Shown: in pieces, positions 39,332 to 48,698 of the stretch
Layout: the number at the start of each line of letters is the position of its first letter
Position numbering within the stretch: position 1 is the first letter of the stretch
Origin: an uncultured Ignavibacteriaceae bacterium
GTDB lineage: Bacteria > Bacteroidota > Ignavibacteria > UBA10030
NCBI GenBank assembly: GCA_964645575.1
Contig: CAZYAM010000003.1
Span: 9,064 to 68,279 of the forward strand
Direction: 5' to 3'
Length of the DNA stretch: 59,216 bases
Position numbers and translations under genes: made by a program
The notes under the pieces: generated by a model
What the model saw: the letters and a program-made list of their open reading frames with translations, nothing else
What the model was told of the DNA's origin: nothing
Databases searched by the model: none

Positions 39332-39718
39332 TTATTTATCCGACCCGGCTGTTCTTTCGGTCTTCTCTAAGGTCTTGATGCGATTCAGAATACCATCAAG
39401 CTGGGTTTTTAAAGTATCAGCTTCCTGCTTGAGCATATCCATCTCCTGTTTTGGAGTCATGTTTGGAGTGTAAGGATAAGCGTCAGCAGGAAAAGCATAA
39501 TCGGTTCCTGCCCAGCCTGGGAAACCGGCAGCCCAATACCGATGTCTCCAGCCACGTCCAAACCCACCATGACCCCAGCCTCGACCAAATCCAAAGCCCA
39601 ACCCTCTGCCTGGAATTGGATTCATATAACCGGGTGCAGGATAACCCGCACAGTAGCCTGCTGCGCGACCGGTCATTGGACCAGCCCCACTTGGACCAGT
39701 TCTATCTCCTCTTGGCAT
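39332..39718 (-). CDS. DUF5320 family protein
   Basis: MPRGDRTGPSGAGPMTGRAAGYCAG, Gly/Arg/aromatic middle, C-terminal coiled coil. Confidence 0.9.
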   Translation of the reverse strand: MPRGDRTGPSGAGPMTGRAAGYCAGYPAPGYMNPIPGRGLGFGFGRGWGHGGFGRGWRHRYWAAGFPGWAGTDYAFPADAYPYTPNMTPKQEMDMLKQEADTLKTQLDGILNRIKTLEKTERTAGSDK

Positions 39719-39776
39719 TTTATTTATCTCCTTTCTTATTGTTAATTATCTTTATATCGTTAATAGGGAAAAAATG

Positions 39777-40247
39777 TTATTTCTTTTGGCATTTATTGCA
39801 CAGCCCATAAAATTGAATAAGGTGATTTGTGATTTTAAAGTTAAATTTTTTAGATAATCCTTTTTCTGTTTGGCCAAGTAATTCTTTCTCTTCTTCGGCA
39901 AAATCTGTGTAATCAATAATTTTACCGCAATCTGTACACAATAAATGATGATGATGTTGTTTTCCTTGGAATCCTTCGGCTAACTCGTACCGGGCTCTTT
40001 TATCTCCGAAGTCGAATTTCAAGATAAAGCCCATTTCTACGAGCAACTCCAGTGTCCGGTATATGGTTGTTAAGCCGATGGCCGGATATGTTTTATGGAC
40101 TGCCATATATATTTCTTCAGCGCTTAAATGCTCGGTCGTTTTACTTAAGAGATCGAGGATTGCTTCTCTCGGAATAGTTAATCTATAACCATAACCCCTA
40201 AATTTTCCGTGCCACCAGCGTGATCCCATTTTCATTCCTCTTGGCAT
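39777..40247 (-). CDS. fur: Fur family transcriptional repressor
   Basis: RLTIPR, HLSAEEI, TIYRTL, HHHHLLCTDCG, C-terminal CNKC. Confidence 0.95.
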   Translation of the reverse strand: MPRGMKMGSRWWHGKFRGYGYRLTIPREAILDLLSKTTEHLSAEEIYMAVHKTYPAIGLTTIYRTLELLVEMGFILKFDFGDKRARYELAEGFQGKQHHHHLLCTDCGKIIDYTDFAEEEKELLGQTEKGLSKKFNFKITNHLIQFYGLCNKCQKK

Positions 40248-40260
40248 ATGATGCCTTATT

Positions 40261-40279
40261 GATAATGGTTATCATTATC
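40261..40279. promoter_or_regulatory. Fur box
   Basis: GATAATGGTTATCATTATC matches the classical GATAATGATAATCATTATC at 17 of 19 positions, 13 nt upstream of the fur ATG. Confidence 0.85.
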
Positions 40280-40280
40280 A

Positions 40281-40308
40281 AATATAATATAATAATATAA
40301 TTTGTCAA
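40281..40308 (-). promoter_or_regulatory. Sigma70 promoter TTGACA-N16-TATATT of the fur operon
   Basis: The -10 box abuts the Fur box. Confidence 0.6.
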
Positions 40309-40352
40309 GTACGGTTAAATGATATATATGAAACTGCCGTTTTTACTTGATT

Positions 40353-40753
40353 TTAGTGGAGAGTGAATGCTCCGCGGGCGCGGGCATAACATTTATTTGA
40401 ACACAGAAGCTCGTCATCTGCCAGCACAACTCTCCCACGCTTACCGGCTATCCGCGCATTAACGGTTAAAATTTAGCTTGGTGGCACAGCTTAGAGGTAG
40501 CGTACCTCGAGCCGGTATGTGAATGGATTTTCCTATATTTTTCCCGAAGATTGCAAACCACTGCGGCATCATGCGTGCTTACAATGATCTCTTTGTTAAA
40601 AACATCATCACGGCTTATAAATTTCGAAGGCATGGAAACTCGGCATGTTATTCCATTTTATCCATTCTCAAATTTAATATTCAGACCTTGATTATTACAT
40701 TTGCCGCAGGCGAAGCAAGCCGAATGAAAAGTTGTATTCTTTTTACTGCTCAT
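40353..40753 (-). pseudogene. Degraded PaaI/hotdog thioesterase
   Basis: HSACFACGKCNNQGLNIKF, in-frame TAA at 40658-40660, THDAA, frameshift, then RLEVRYL*AVPPS*ILTVNARI...ARARGAF*. Confidence 0.7.
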
Positions 40754-40771
40754 AATAATATGCTTATTAAT

Positions 40772-41317
40772 TCAGGGGAGAAGGACTGCCATTGCTACTA
40801 CGGAAGTCCACTTACCTTCTTTGTCTCCTTCAGCAGATTGGGTTACGTTAAATGTCCTTACGATTTTGCCTGACATCTTATAAATCTTTTCCCGTTCATC
40901 CCATGCTGTATTAGGATCAAATTCCACACCCAATGTCGATGCAAGCATTGTGGCGGCTAAATCTTCCGCATATTCTCCGCATTTCTCATCGGTTTCGCCG
41001 TTCGGGTGGTGCTCTGAAAGGTATCCATATTGAGTTGCTTCCGCGGGTACAGCCGCGCCGATGGAAGCTGCGATCAAACGGTTAGGTTCGTTGGTTGCAT
41101 TACGCGCCATAACAACAAAAGTGATAGTACCGGCAGATAATTTTTTTGCTCCTTCAGCTATGGGGATACGCCGGCATCCGGGTGGAAGAATACTTGAGAC
41201 AGAAACAAGGTTGCACATTTCGACTCCGGCATCGCGTAGTGCAAGTTCAAACGATTGCAAATAGTCCTTATGTCGGCCGACACCTTTTGTAAAGAAGACT
41301 TGAGTAGGGACAAACAT
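40772..41317 (-). CDS. pdaD: Pyruvoyl-dependent arginine decarboxylase
   Basis: [21 protein letters not shown] (Ser-Ser cleavage), GYLSEH. Confidence 0.93.
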   Translation of the reverse strand: MFVPTQVFFTKGVGRHKDYLQSFELALRDAGVEMCNLVSVSSILPPGCRRIPIAEGAKKLSAGTITFVVMARNATNEPNRLIAASIGAAVPAEATQYGYLSEHHPNGETDEKCGEYAEDLAATMLASTLGVEFDPNTAWDEREKIYKMSGKIVRTFNVTQSAEGDKEGKWTSVVAMAVLLP

Positions 41318-41370
41318 TTTTTTTCTCCATGTATTATTTTGTGATTATTAAATAACTCATCAGTATTTCA

Positions 41371-42216
41371 TCAGTTGTCTGTTTTCCACGTCATTCCCGT
41401 AAATCCCTGAATAACTTTTTTTCCCAGTTTATTTCGGAGAAAAGCAGCTGCTGTGTCACCGGTACAATGGCACGGAATAATTATATTAATATTCCATTTC
41501 TGCAAGGCTTCACATGTAGCTTCAAGGCGCCGGGGAGAGGCATTTGCGAGATGAAAGCCTCCGATAATTGCATGTATTTTTTCTTGCCCGCTGGTTCTGC
41601 GAACATGTTCCACAGTGTTGATTAATCCCGAATGACAGCAGCCGGTTATGATAACAAGTCCTTGATCAGTCTGTATCCATAGCGCCATATCATCTTCAAT
41701 GGGATCGGGTTGTTTCCCTTCAGTATCAAGGAAAAATGAGCCGCCTGTATTCTCAAACGGGTTTGTTCGGGGAATGGACCCCGATAATCCGATATTGGAA
41801 CCAATTTGGCCCGGGCGTGTAATCCAACAGACTTGTTCTGTATTTAAACTGAGAATTGCCGATTTTGCTTTCTGAGGCATCGAGATATCTTTAGGTTCCA
41901 TTCCCTCTCTTATGCTGTACCGCATAATAACAACTTTTGAATGACAATATATCTTTACAGACGGGTTTTGTTTTAATACATACACCAAGCCGCCTGTATG
42001 ATCATAATGGCCGTGACTTAAAAACAATGTGTCGGCAAGAGAGAGGTCGCAATTCAACAATGCAGAGTTTTGAATAAGCGCTTTTCCCTGGCCTGTGTCA
42101 AATAGGATCTTACGGCCAAATGCCTCAATCCAGGCCGAGAAGCCGTGTTCCTTCATTAACCTGCCATCTGCTTTATTGTCGACAATTATTTTAACTGTGA
42201 TGCGATTTTCTGGCAT
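41371..42216 (-). CDS. MBL-fold metallo-hydrolase (COG1237-like)
   Basis: EHGFS, LFDTG, SHGHYDHTGG, TGCCHSG, GGFHL, PCHCTG. Confidence 0.9.
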   Translation of the reverse strand: MPENRITVKIIVDNKADGRLMKEHGFSAWIEAFGRKILFDTGQGKALIQNSALLNCDLSLADTLFLSHGHYDHTGGLVYVLKQNPSVKIYCHSKVVIMRYSIREGMEPKDISMPQKAKSAILSLNTEQVCWITRPGQIGSNIGLSGSIPRTNPFENTGGSFFLDTEGKQPDPIEDDMALWIQTDQGLVIITGCCHSGLINTVEHVRRTSGQEKIHAIIGGFHLANASPRRLEATCEALQKWNINIIIPCHCTGDTAAAFLRNKLGKKVIQGFTGMTWKTDN

Positions 42217-42255
42217 TTTTTCGTTTTCTGTTTTTCACATGTTCCGCATATTTCA

Positions 42256-43011
42256 TCAATGAGCAACTTTTGCTTCGCCCAATAATTCTAATGTATGTTG
42301 TATAAGGTCGAGGCCTCCATGTTTGCCGTGACCGGGAATAACAATCTTTGCATCGGGAAATGCATTGATAATTTTTTTAAGCGTTATGGGCCACTCTTTA
42401 ATATCGCCGTCAGCGGTATGACCCATCGTTGTAGATTCAGGTCCTCTGACCATACAGCCGGCAAATAGGATTTTTTCTGCAGGTACCCATGTTACAATAT
42501 TATCCATAGAATGAGCCGCGCCGAAGTATCTTGAGATTACCTTTTCCCCTCCAAAATTAAACACAAGAGAGTCTGTAAAACCTCTCGAAGGAACCGGCAA
42601 ATTTTTTTCTTGGGCAATTTTTCTTGTCAGTTCATAAGCAAACGACTGTATTCCGCGGCTGTGTATATATTTTAGTCCTCCCATACAGTCAATATGCCAG
42701 TGATTTGGAATAACACCGATAACCTCGGCTTTTAGCGTCTTTTCTATCCACTTAACCAGAACTTCGGTGAGAGTATCGTTTGTAGGGGTATCAAATAAAA
42801 AAGCTTTTCCTTTTGTTATAAAGATCATCCCGTTCGACGGCACTCTTTTCCATGGAGGCATATCTGCGTATGATGTGTGGATATAGGTATGGTCAGACAG
42901 TTTGGTTATTTCAATATCTTCAGATACAGATATAACAGGAGAATTTTCCTGAGAACCAGAAGATGTAATCAGAAATAAGATCATTACAGATGCAAGAAGA
43001 ATTCTATTCAT
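42256..43011 (-). CDS. Subclass B1 metallo-beta-lactamase
   Basis: Signal peptide; PSNG, FDTP, HWHIDC (H116/H118/D120), HSMDN (H196), AGC (C221), PGHG (H263). Confidence 0.85.
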   Translation of the reverse strand: MNRILLASVMILFLITSSGSQENSPVISVSEDIEITKLSDHTYIHTSYADMPPWKRVPSNGMIFITKGKAFLFDTPTNDTLTEVLVKWIEKTLKAEVIGVIPNHWHIDCMGGLKYIHSRGIQSFAYELTRKIAQEKNLPVPSRGFTDSLVFNFGGEKVISRYFGAAHSMDNIVTWVPAEKILFAGCMVRGPESTTMGHTADGDIKEWPITLKKIINAFPDAKIVIPGHGKHGGLDLIQHTLELLGEAKVAH

Positions 43012-43160
43012 TTTTTTCCTTTAATTTTCTAATAATTTAAAAAATATTTGGTTTAAGATATTTCAGCATGAAGGCCGTGCTGTATTTTCTGTATGTTTTC
43101 ATTAATCGTCGATATCTCATGGGTATCATATTAATACTCTGATATATACTTTAATCAAGT

Positions 43161-44321
43161 TCACTCACTTATCATAGGAAAAGATTTAATATCCAGGAGT
43201 TTCGCAAATATTCGAGGCACTTCAGTATTATCATGTAAACCTATGAATCGCTCTGCCTGCGGACCGAAAGTGTATATTATCACAGGTATGCCCGAGTGTT
43301 TTTTTGTAGTCCATTCGATATCCAAATCTTTGCCGTCGAGACTCCCGTCATTGATTCCCATGCCACCGCATTCGTGATCGGCCGTAACTACGACAAGTGT
43401 ATGCTCATCTTTGAGAGCAAACTCAAGAACAGTTTTAACGGCCTCATCAAAAAGTTGCGTTTGTCTGATTGCTTCTTCCTCGTCATTGTCGTGACATGCC
43501 CAATCGATTTGACTGCCTTCCACCATCAGAAAGAATCCATTATTATTCCGATTGAGAAGCTCAATAGCTTTTTGAGTCATCTCTGCAAGACTTGGTTCCG
43601 GGAGATTTGTGGTTAGAGCTTCAAGTTGAAATAACCCAAGAATATAATTCCCCGTAGCTGTCATTAATTGTTCTTTCGTTTGCACAAACGAATAACCGGA
43701 ATTTTTTGCTTTTGCAATGAGGTCAAGATCGTCCTCTCTTTCGCTTTCGTCTTCCGATTTGGGGATAAAAAACTTTTTTCCTCCGCCCAGCAGAACATTT
43801 ACTTTATTTTCCAGAAGCTGAGATGCTATAGTGACTTCATCGTTTCTGGATTTTACATGAGCAGCAAACACGGCAGGCGTGGCATTTGTAATGGCGCAAG
43901 TAACTACGAGGCCGGTAGCCATCCCTTTATCTCTGCATGCTTCCAGAATAGTATATAACTTTTTACCATCCGGATTCATCGAAATTATTTCGTTGTTCGT
44001 CTTATATCCTGTAGCTAAAGCAGTTCCGGCTGCAGCAGAACAGGTCACTAATTTATTAGCAGAATGTGTGTTGATTAACCCGGTTACCGGCATTTTTTCA
44101 ATGTTTAATCTACCATTGGCTCCATATGTTTTTATGCGAGTAGCAGCAACCTGTGCTAATCCCATACCATCGCCTATTAGAATCACAATATTTTTTACTT
44201 GCGAGTCTGGAGGAAATAGTGGATAAAAAACCGTATCTGCGCTTGAGAAAACATTATTTACAACAGAAAGGCAGATAATTGTTAGTATCGCTAGAAATCT
44301 AATTACGTGGTCTTTTTTCAT
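43161..44321 (-). CDS. phoA: Alkaline phosphatase (PhoA family)
   Basis: IGDGMG, VTCSAAAGTALATG, ATPA, VEGSQIDWACH, TADHE; signal peptide. Confidence 0.9.
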   Translation of the reverse strand: MKKDHVIRFLAILTIICLSVVNNVFSSADTVFYPLFPPDSQVKNIVILIGDGMGLAQVAATRIKTYGANGRLNIEKMPVTGLINTHSANKLVTCSAAAGTALATGYKTNNEIISMNPDGKKLYTILEACRDKGMATGLVVTCAITNATPAVFAAHVKSRNDEVTIASQLLENKVNVLLGGGKKFFIPKSEDESEREDDLDLIAKAKNSGYSFVQTKEQLMTATGNYILGLFQLEALTTNLPEPSLAEMTQKAIELLNRNNNGFFLMVEGSQIDWACHDNDEEEAIRQTQLFDEAVKTVLEFALKDEHTLVVVTADHECGGMGINDGSLDGKDLDIEWTTKKHSGIPVIIYTFGPQAERFIGLHDNTEVPRIFAKLLDIKSFPMISE

Positions 44322-44422
44322 AATTTTTCTCTCTCTTTTTTTATTTCTTAAATCCTTTAAATATAAGAGAAACTTGGTTCATTCGGAAAAACCGAATTTT
44401 ATATTAAGGATTGTATTCCTGT

Positions 44423-45703
44423 TTAAAAAAATACTCTCATCCATAGCTCGATTCGTTGTTGTACTTGCTTCCCTCCATATTCTGTCATGTTGTTCCCTGC
44501 AAGCAGTGTTCCCCAGAAAATAAATTCGGTGTTTATGATAGGTTTGTAACTTATTCGGAGCGATAAAAGGTAACTGTTATCTGACAGATTGTAGATTGTG
44601 TAGAGCGATGGAGTGAAGTAGAGCCAGTCGAACGGTTCGGGGTGCATAAGTTTTATATACAAATAATCTTGCATCAATGTACTGCCCTTGAAATATGTCT
44701 GATTGATCCCGAATGTTTGTTGTGCAACAGCAGGGTCGGGATTGTTTACACCATTGTTCAGGAACTCATTGTATTGCGCAAACTCGGCTTTGCTAAGTCC
44801 AAGACCGTTGTGATAATATTCCGCAATGATGGTTGTGTTCGATGCGTCGAGATATCGCAACCCGAAAAGATATGAAAACCTGTCTACGGATTCGCAGGTG
44901 AGCGCTCCGTTTATAATTGCAAATCGCTCCATATTCTTATTATGGCTTAGTTCGCCATGCATTTCTATATTCTCTTGAAGATTTCGTGAAAAATCGAATC
45001 CGAATTGTCTCGATTTGTCTGCTCTGTAGTATGCAAGCAGATCAATGTCCGTATCCCAGAGTAAGAAGTAGGACTTTAATGCGATAGCTGTATTCCCAAG
45101 TTCTCTAAATTGAGTGCCGGTAATGTCCGAAGGAGGAATCACAATTGCCAGGAACGAAAAACTTTGAAGAGCTTTTGATGAAAAGCTTTTGATGTACTCG
45201 ACGTTAGCTGAAAGTAAACCTGATTGCGCAAGTTCCGGATTCTCAGGGTCTTTAACAGGATTAACAAAACCGCCGGGATTGAATGCATAGCCTTTTCCCC
45301 AGCTGTATACGCGCTTTCCTGCCTGCAATGTTATATTGAATGAAGGATTGAAACTGCCATATGCTTCAAACAAATCAACCTGTGCATCGGTATCACTGTA
45401 ATAGGTTGCGTGTGTTTTCAGTATAAATCCCAAATCGCCAGTTCGATAGTCGGCGTTTAGGTACGGCTCCAATCTATATTGCGAGAGCAGCGATGATGAC
45501 AGATGCTCTCTTAGAAATTGAAGTTTGTACTGCGCCGAGTTTCTGTCCATATGGAACAGCGTATACTTTATATCAAGGTTACCGCTCAATTCGAGTTTCT
45601 TTTCTTTCTCTGGTGGAATTTCTGAAGCATCTTCATCCTGTCCGAATGCAAAAGCCGATGATGCGAACATCCCAATGAATATGAACCATCGGGAAAGTCT
45701 CAT
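44423..45703 (-). CDS. Putative outer-membrane beta-barrel protein
   Basis: Signal peptide, GKRVYSWGKGYAFNP motif, alternating beta pattern, C-terminal Phe. Confidence 0.75.
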   Translation of the reverse strand: MRLSRWFIFIGMFASSAFAFGQDEDASEIPPEKEKKLELSGNLDIKYTLFHMDRNSAQYKLQFLREHLSSSLLSQYRLEPYLNADYRTGDLGFILKTHATYYSDTDAQVDLFEAYGSFNPSFNITLQAGKRVYSWGKGYAFNPGGFVNPVKDPENPELAQSGLLSANVEYIKSFSSKALQSFSFLAIVIPPSDITGTQFRELGNTAIALKSYFLLWDTDIDLLAYYRADKSRQFGFDFSRNLQENIEMHGELSHNKNMERFAIINGALTCESVDRFSYLFGLRYLDASNTTIIAEYYHNGLGLSKAEFAQYNEFLNNGVNNPDPAVAQQTFGINQTYFKGSTLMQDYLYIKLMHPEPFDWLYFTPSLYTIYNLSDNSYLLSLRISYKPIINTEFIFWGTLLAGNNMTEYGGKQVQQRIELWMRVFF

Positions 45704-46431
45704 TATCTCAAGTCTCCAAGCCGTCCCATGTAGTTTAGCGTAAATACCTCATCGGGGAATTTCCGTTTCTTGATAGTCTGGTAAATCATCAACGAACGAT
45801 ATTCTTTATAGAGCGGACTATATGTTTCAATTATAGAAGGCCGAACCAGTCCGCCGCCGTAATTTTTATCATCCTTAAACTCCAGGGTTTTAATGAGCAT
45901 ACCGCTGGCGGAGTAGGCTTCAACTTTCCGGAGTATTTTTTTGTCTTTCTCAATCCACATCTTGAGCTTATCGTATGCAACTGTTTTATTCCTTGCTTTC
46001 AAATTGAGGATATACTCTTTGTCTGTTTCCTCAGAATAGGCCGCGTCGTACTCCGTCGAATAGTCCAGCTGCATAATATCCGCGTTATTGAAAACGCCTC
46101 CGACCACAGATTGAAGGCTTGTAATACGTATAGGCTTATTTGCGCTTGGAATATAGAGCCACATATTCTCTCCCAGCCGCAATGTAGAACGCCCTTTCTC
46201 GCTTGCCGGCAAAAGGTAGAGCATTGCAATCTTGTCTTTTCCTTTCTTCACTGTGTAGAATGTGAATTCCTTCTTTGTTCCATTAGGTTCTTCATTAATG
46301 AGTTTTCGTTTTGCCTCGTATGATTCCGGCATAAGGTTTTCATCAACTTCCTTTAGGAGTTTGTTGGCGTCTTGTGCTTTAACATTGAATGCGAACAGAA
46401 GTGCAATAACGAACATCGATACAATTTTCAT
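45703..46431 (-). CDS. LolA-like outer membrane lipoprotein-sorting protein
   Basis: Signal peptide; LRLGENMWLYIPSANKPIRI; VFNNAD. Confidence 0.85.
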   Translation of the reverse strand: MKIVSMFVIALLFAFNVKAQDANKLLKEVDENLMPESYEAKRKLINEEPNGTKKEFTFYTVKKGKDKIAMLYLLPASEKGRSTLRLGENMWLYIPSANKPIRITSLQSVVGGVFNNADIMQLDYSTEYDAAYSEETDKEYILNLKARNKTVAYDKLKMWIEKDKKILRKVEAYSASGMLIKTLEFKDDKNYGGGLVRPSIIETYSPLYKEYRSLMIYQTIKKRKFPDEVFTLNYMGRLGDLR

Positions 46432-46492
46432 AACTCTTTCACTTTTTATATTTGAGTAAATATTCCTTTTAAAATTCCTGGCATGTTTTACG

Positions 46493-47725
46493 CTACACAT
46501 GCCCTAAAGCATCCACAGGCTCCATCTTTGATGCCTTATAAGCAGGTTGGAAACCTGCAAAAAGCGACATGAGCATGACGATAATAGCTACCCACATGAT
46601 TTCACCGGCCGGAATACTTGGCGCCAGTGATACATTCATTTGACCGAATGTGAAATCAATCTTTGTTGTGTTCATGAGCCATAGTATGCTAAGTCCGATG
46701 ACGATGCCTACGACCGTGCTTAGTAATCCCATCGCAAATCCTTCGATCAAGAAGAGGGAGAGAATCCGGCGGGGCGGTGTTCCGATTGCCGCAATAGTTC
46801 CTATTTCGCTGATTCTCTCGTACACCGACATAGTCATTATATTTAGAATACTCACTAGCACAATGGAAATCAAAATGAATTTTACAACTATGACCAAAAG
46901 GTCTACAATACGTGCGATGCTGGCGAACGGTGAAAGTTGTTCCCATGTATGTACTTCAATGGATGCTTGTGGTGCAGCGAATTTCTTTTTTAATTGCACG
47001 AATACATTGTTGAGCTGATCAAATCGTTGCAAGTGAATCGCTATTTCCACTATCTCAGGTTGATCCATCCGCAGAAGTGCCTGCCCGTCCTGGATGTGGA
47101 TGTAGCCGTCCTTGCCGGAGGGACCGAATACATTCTCCGTTACTGCAGCGATGAGTAACGTTATTGCATTGACCGATCCTTCTTTGTTTGTTGCTACCAG
47201 AACAATTTCATCTCCCGTCTTCAGTGAAAGACCCTTCATGAGATTTTCCGGTACCAGTATTTCTCCCGGCTTAAGAAAATTCTCGGGATTGGGGATATCT
47301 CCTCTGATACGTTTTATAAATTCTGGCACAGTACGATTCTCCATTTCCGGGTACACTGCGCTCAACCGGATGTTGGATGTTTGTGCGTAGTTACTGATCA
47401 TTGCACCAAATTTAATCCGCGGGCTGTACGCTGCAACTTCCGGCATTTCCTTCAGCATCGTTTCAACCTTTGCCAGTTCCATTCCTGAAAGAGTGAGATT
47501 AAGCGGTTGATTATCGATGGATTCAACATATCCCTTTGCGTGAATTTGCAGATCGCCCATCGCCGTGTTCGTCAATACACCAACCATTTGTGATTTAAAT
47601 GATATTGCCAGTCCCCCGAATACTACTACGATGATGACGCCAAACGAAATCAGCGATGAAGTAAGAAGCGTCCGCCGTTTGTTCCGAAATAGATTACGGA
47701 AAGCAATTATGATCAGATTTCTCAT
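46493..47725 (-). CDS. MacB/FtsX/LolE-family ABC permease
   Basis: AFRNLFRNKRRT, ERISEIGTIAAIG, PVDALGHV. Confidence 0.92.
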   Translation of the reverse strand: MRNLIIIAFRNLFRNKRRTLLTSSLISFGVIIVVVFGGLAISFKSQMVGVLTNTAMGDLQIHAKGYVESIDNQPLNLTLSGMELAKVETMLKEMPEVAAYSPRIKFGAMISNYAQTSNIRLSAVYPEMENRTVPEFIKRIRGDIPNPENFLKPGEILVPENLMKGLSLKTGDEIVLVATNKEGSVNAITLLIAAVTENVFGPSGKDGYIHIQDGQALLRMDQPEIVEIAIHLQRFDQLNNVFVQLKKKFAAPQASIEVHTWEQLSPFASIARIVDLLVIVVKFILISIVLVSILNIMTMSVYERISEIGTIAAIGTPPRRILSLFLIEGFAMGLLSTVVGIVIGLSILWLMNTTKIDFTFGQMNVSLAPSIPAGEIMWVAIIVMLMSLFAGFQPAYKASKMEPVDALGHV

Positions 47726-47728
47726 TGC

Positions 47729-48424
47729 TTATCCAGCCTTTCTGTATTCCGTGTTGACAATAGTTCCATCTTCCAGAGTGTGAAGGATTTCTGCTTCTCC
47801 AACAATCTTAGGGTCGTGTGTTGAAAAAATGAACGTTGTCCCGAATTCGTTCGTCATCTCGTGCATGATATTTATAATCTTAAATGCAGTGACATGATCG
47901 AGATTGGCTGTTGGCTCGTCTGCGAGAACAATTTGTGGATTTGTCACCAAAGCTCGTGCGACAGCAACACGCTGTTTTTGCCCGCCGGAAATCCGGTTTG
48001 GATATTTTTCTTTTTGGTCGGACATACCGACCTTTTCCAATAATTGCATCACACGGCTGTGACGTTCCTTCAATGGAAGCCGGCCAAGCATAAGGAGTGG
48101 ATACTCGACGTTTTCATACACGGTCAAGACAGGAATAAGATTGAAATTCTGAAATACGAAACCGATGGTCCTTCCGCGAAACGCTGCGGCTTCGGCTCTG
48201 TCTAATTTGTTCACATCAGTTCCGTTGACAAGTATATTGCCCTGCGTCGGTTTATCTAGAACGCCGATGAGATTCAACAGAGTAGATTTCCCGCTCCCTG
48301 AAGGGCCGATGAATGAAACAAAAGATTTTTTTTCAAGTTGAAGCGATATACCTTTTAATGCCCTAACCGGTACTTCACCTGTCTGATATACCTTCGTAAC
48401 GTTTTCTAATTCGATTAAACTCAT
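47729..48424 (-). CDS. LolD/MacB-type ABC ATP-binding protein
   Basis: [34 protein letters not shown]. Confidence 0.95.
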   Translation of the reverse strand: MSLIELENVTKVYQTGEVPVRALKGISLQLEKKSFVSFIGPSGSGKSTLLNLIGVLDKPTQGNILVNGTDVNKLDRAEAAAFRGRTIGFVFQNFNLIPVLTVYENVEYPLLMLGRLPLKERHSRVMQLLEKVGMSDQKEKYPNRISGGQKQRVAVARALVTNPQIVLADEPTANLDHVTAFKIINIMHEMTNEFGTTFIFSTHDPKIVGEAEILHTLEDGTIVNTEYRKAG

Positions 48425-48698
48425 ACTTGCCCCGTTTCCAATGAATTCGTGATCCATCTCTCTCTTCTATAAATGTCAAACACCATAACAGGTATCGTCA
48501 GATGATCAAAGGATTTTTTCAAAATTCTTGAATCAGAATTACGGCCCGAAGGATGTCCGTCATGAGATTCTCTTGCGCGGATTAACCATGTCTATTTTGT
48601 CTTGTTGCTTTTTGCCAATGAGGACTATCCTCTTTTATCGTATTATACCAAAAATATTTATATGGAATTTACAAGTTTCTCACTTTGTCTAATTTCAG

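Noticed and set aside
19777-40247. Selenocysteine readthrough in the redox and Fe-S genes
   Set aside because: Catalytic positions I checked are Cys codons, and the interruptions found are frameshifts or TAA stops, not in-frame TGA at conserved Cys sites.
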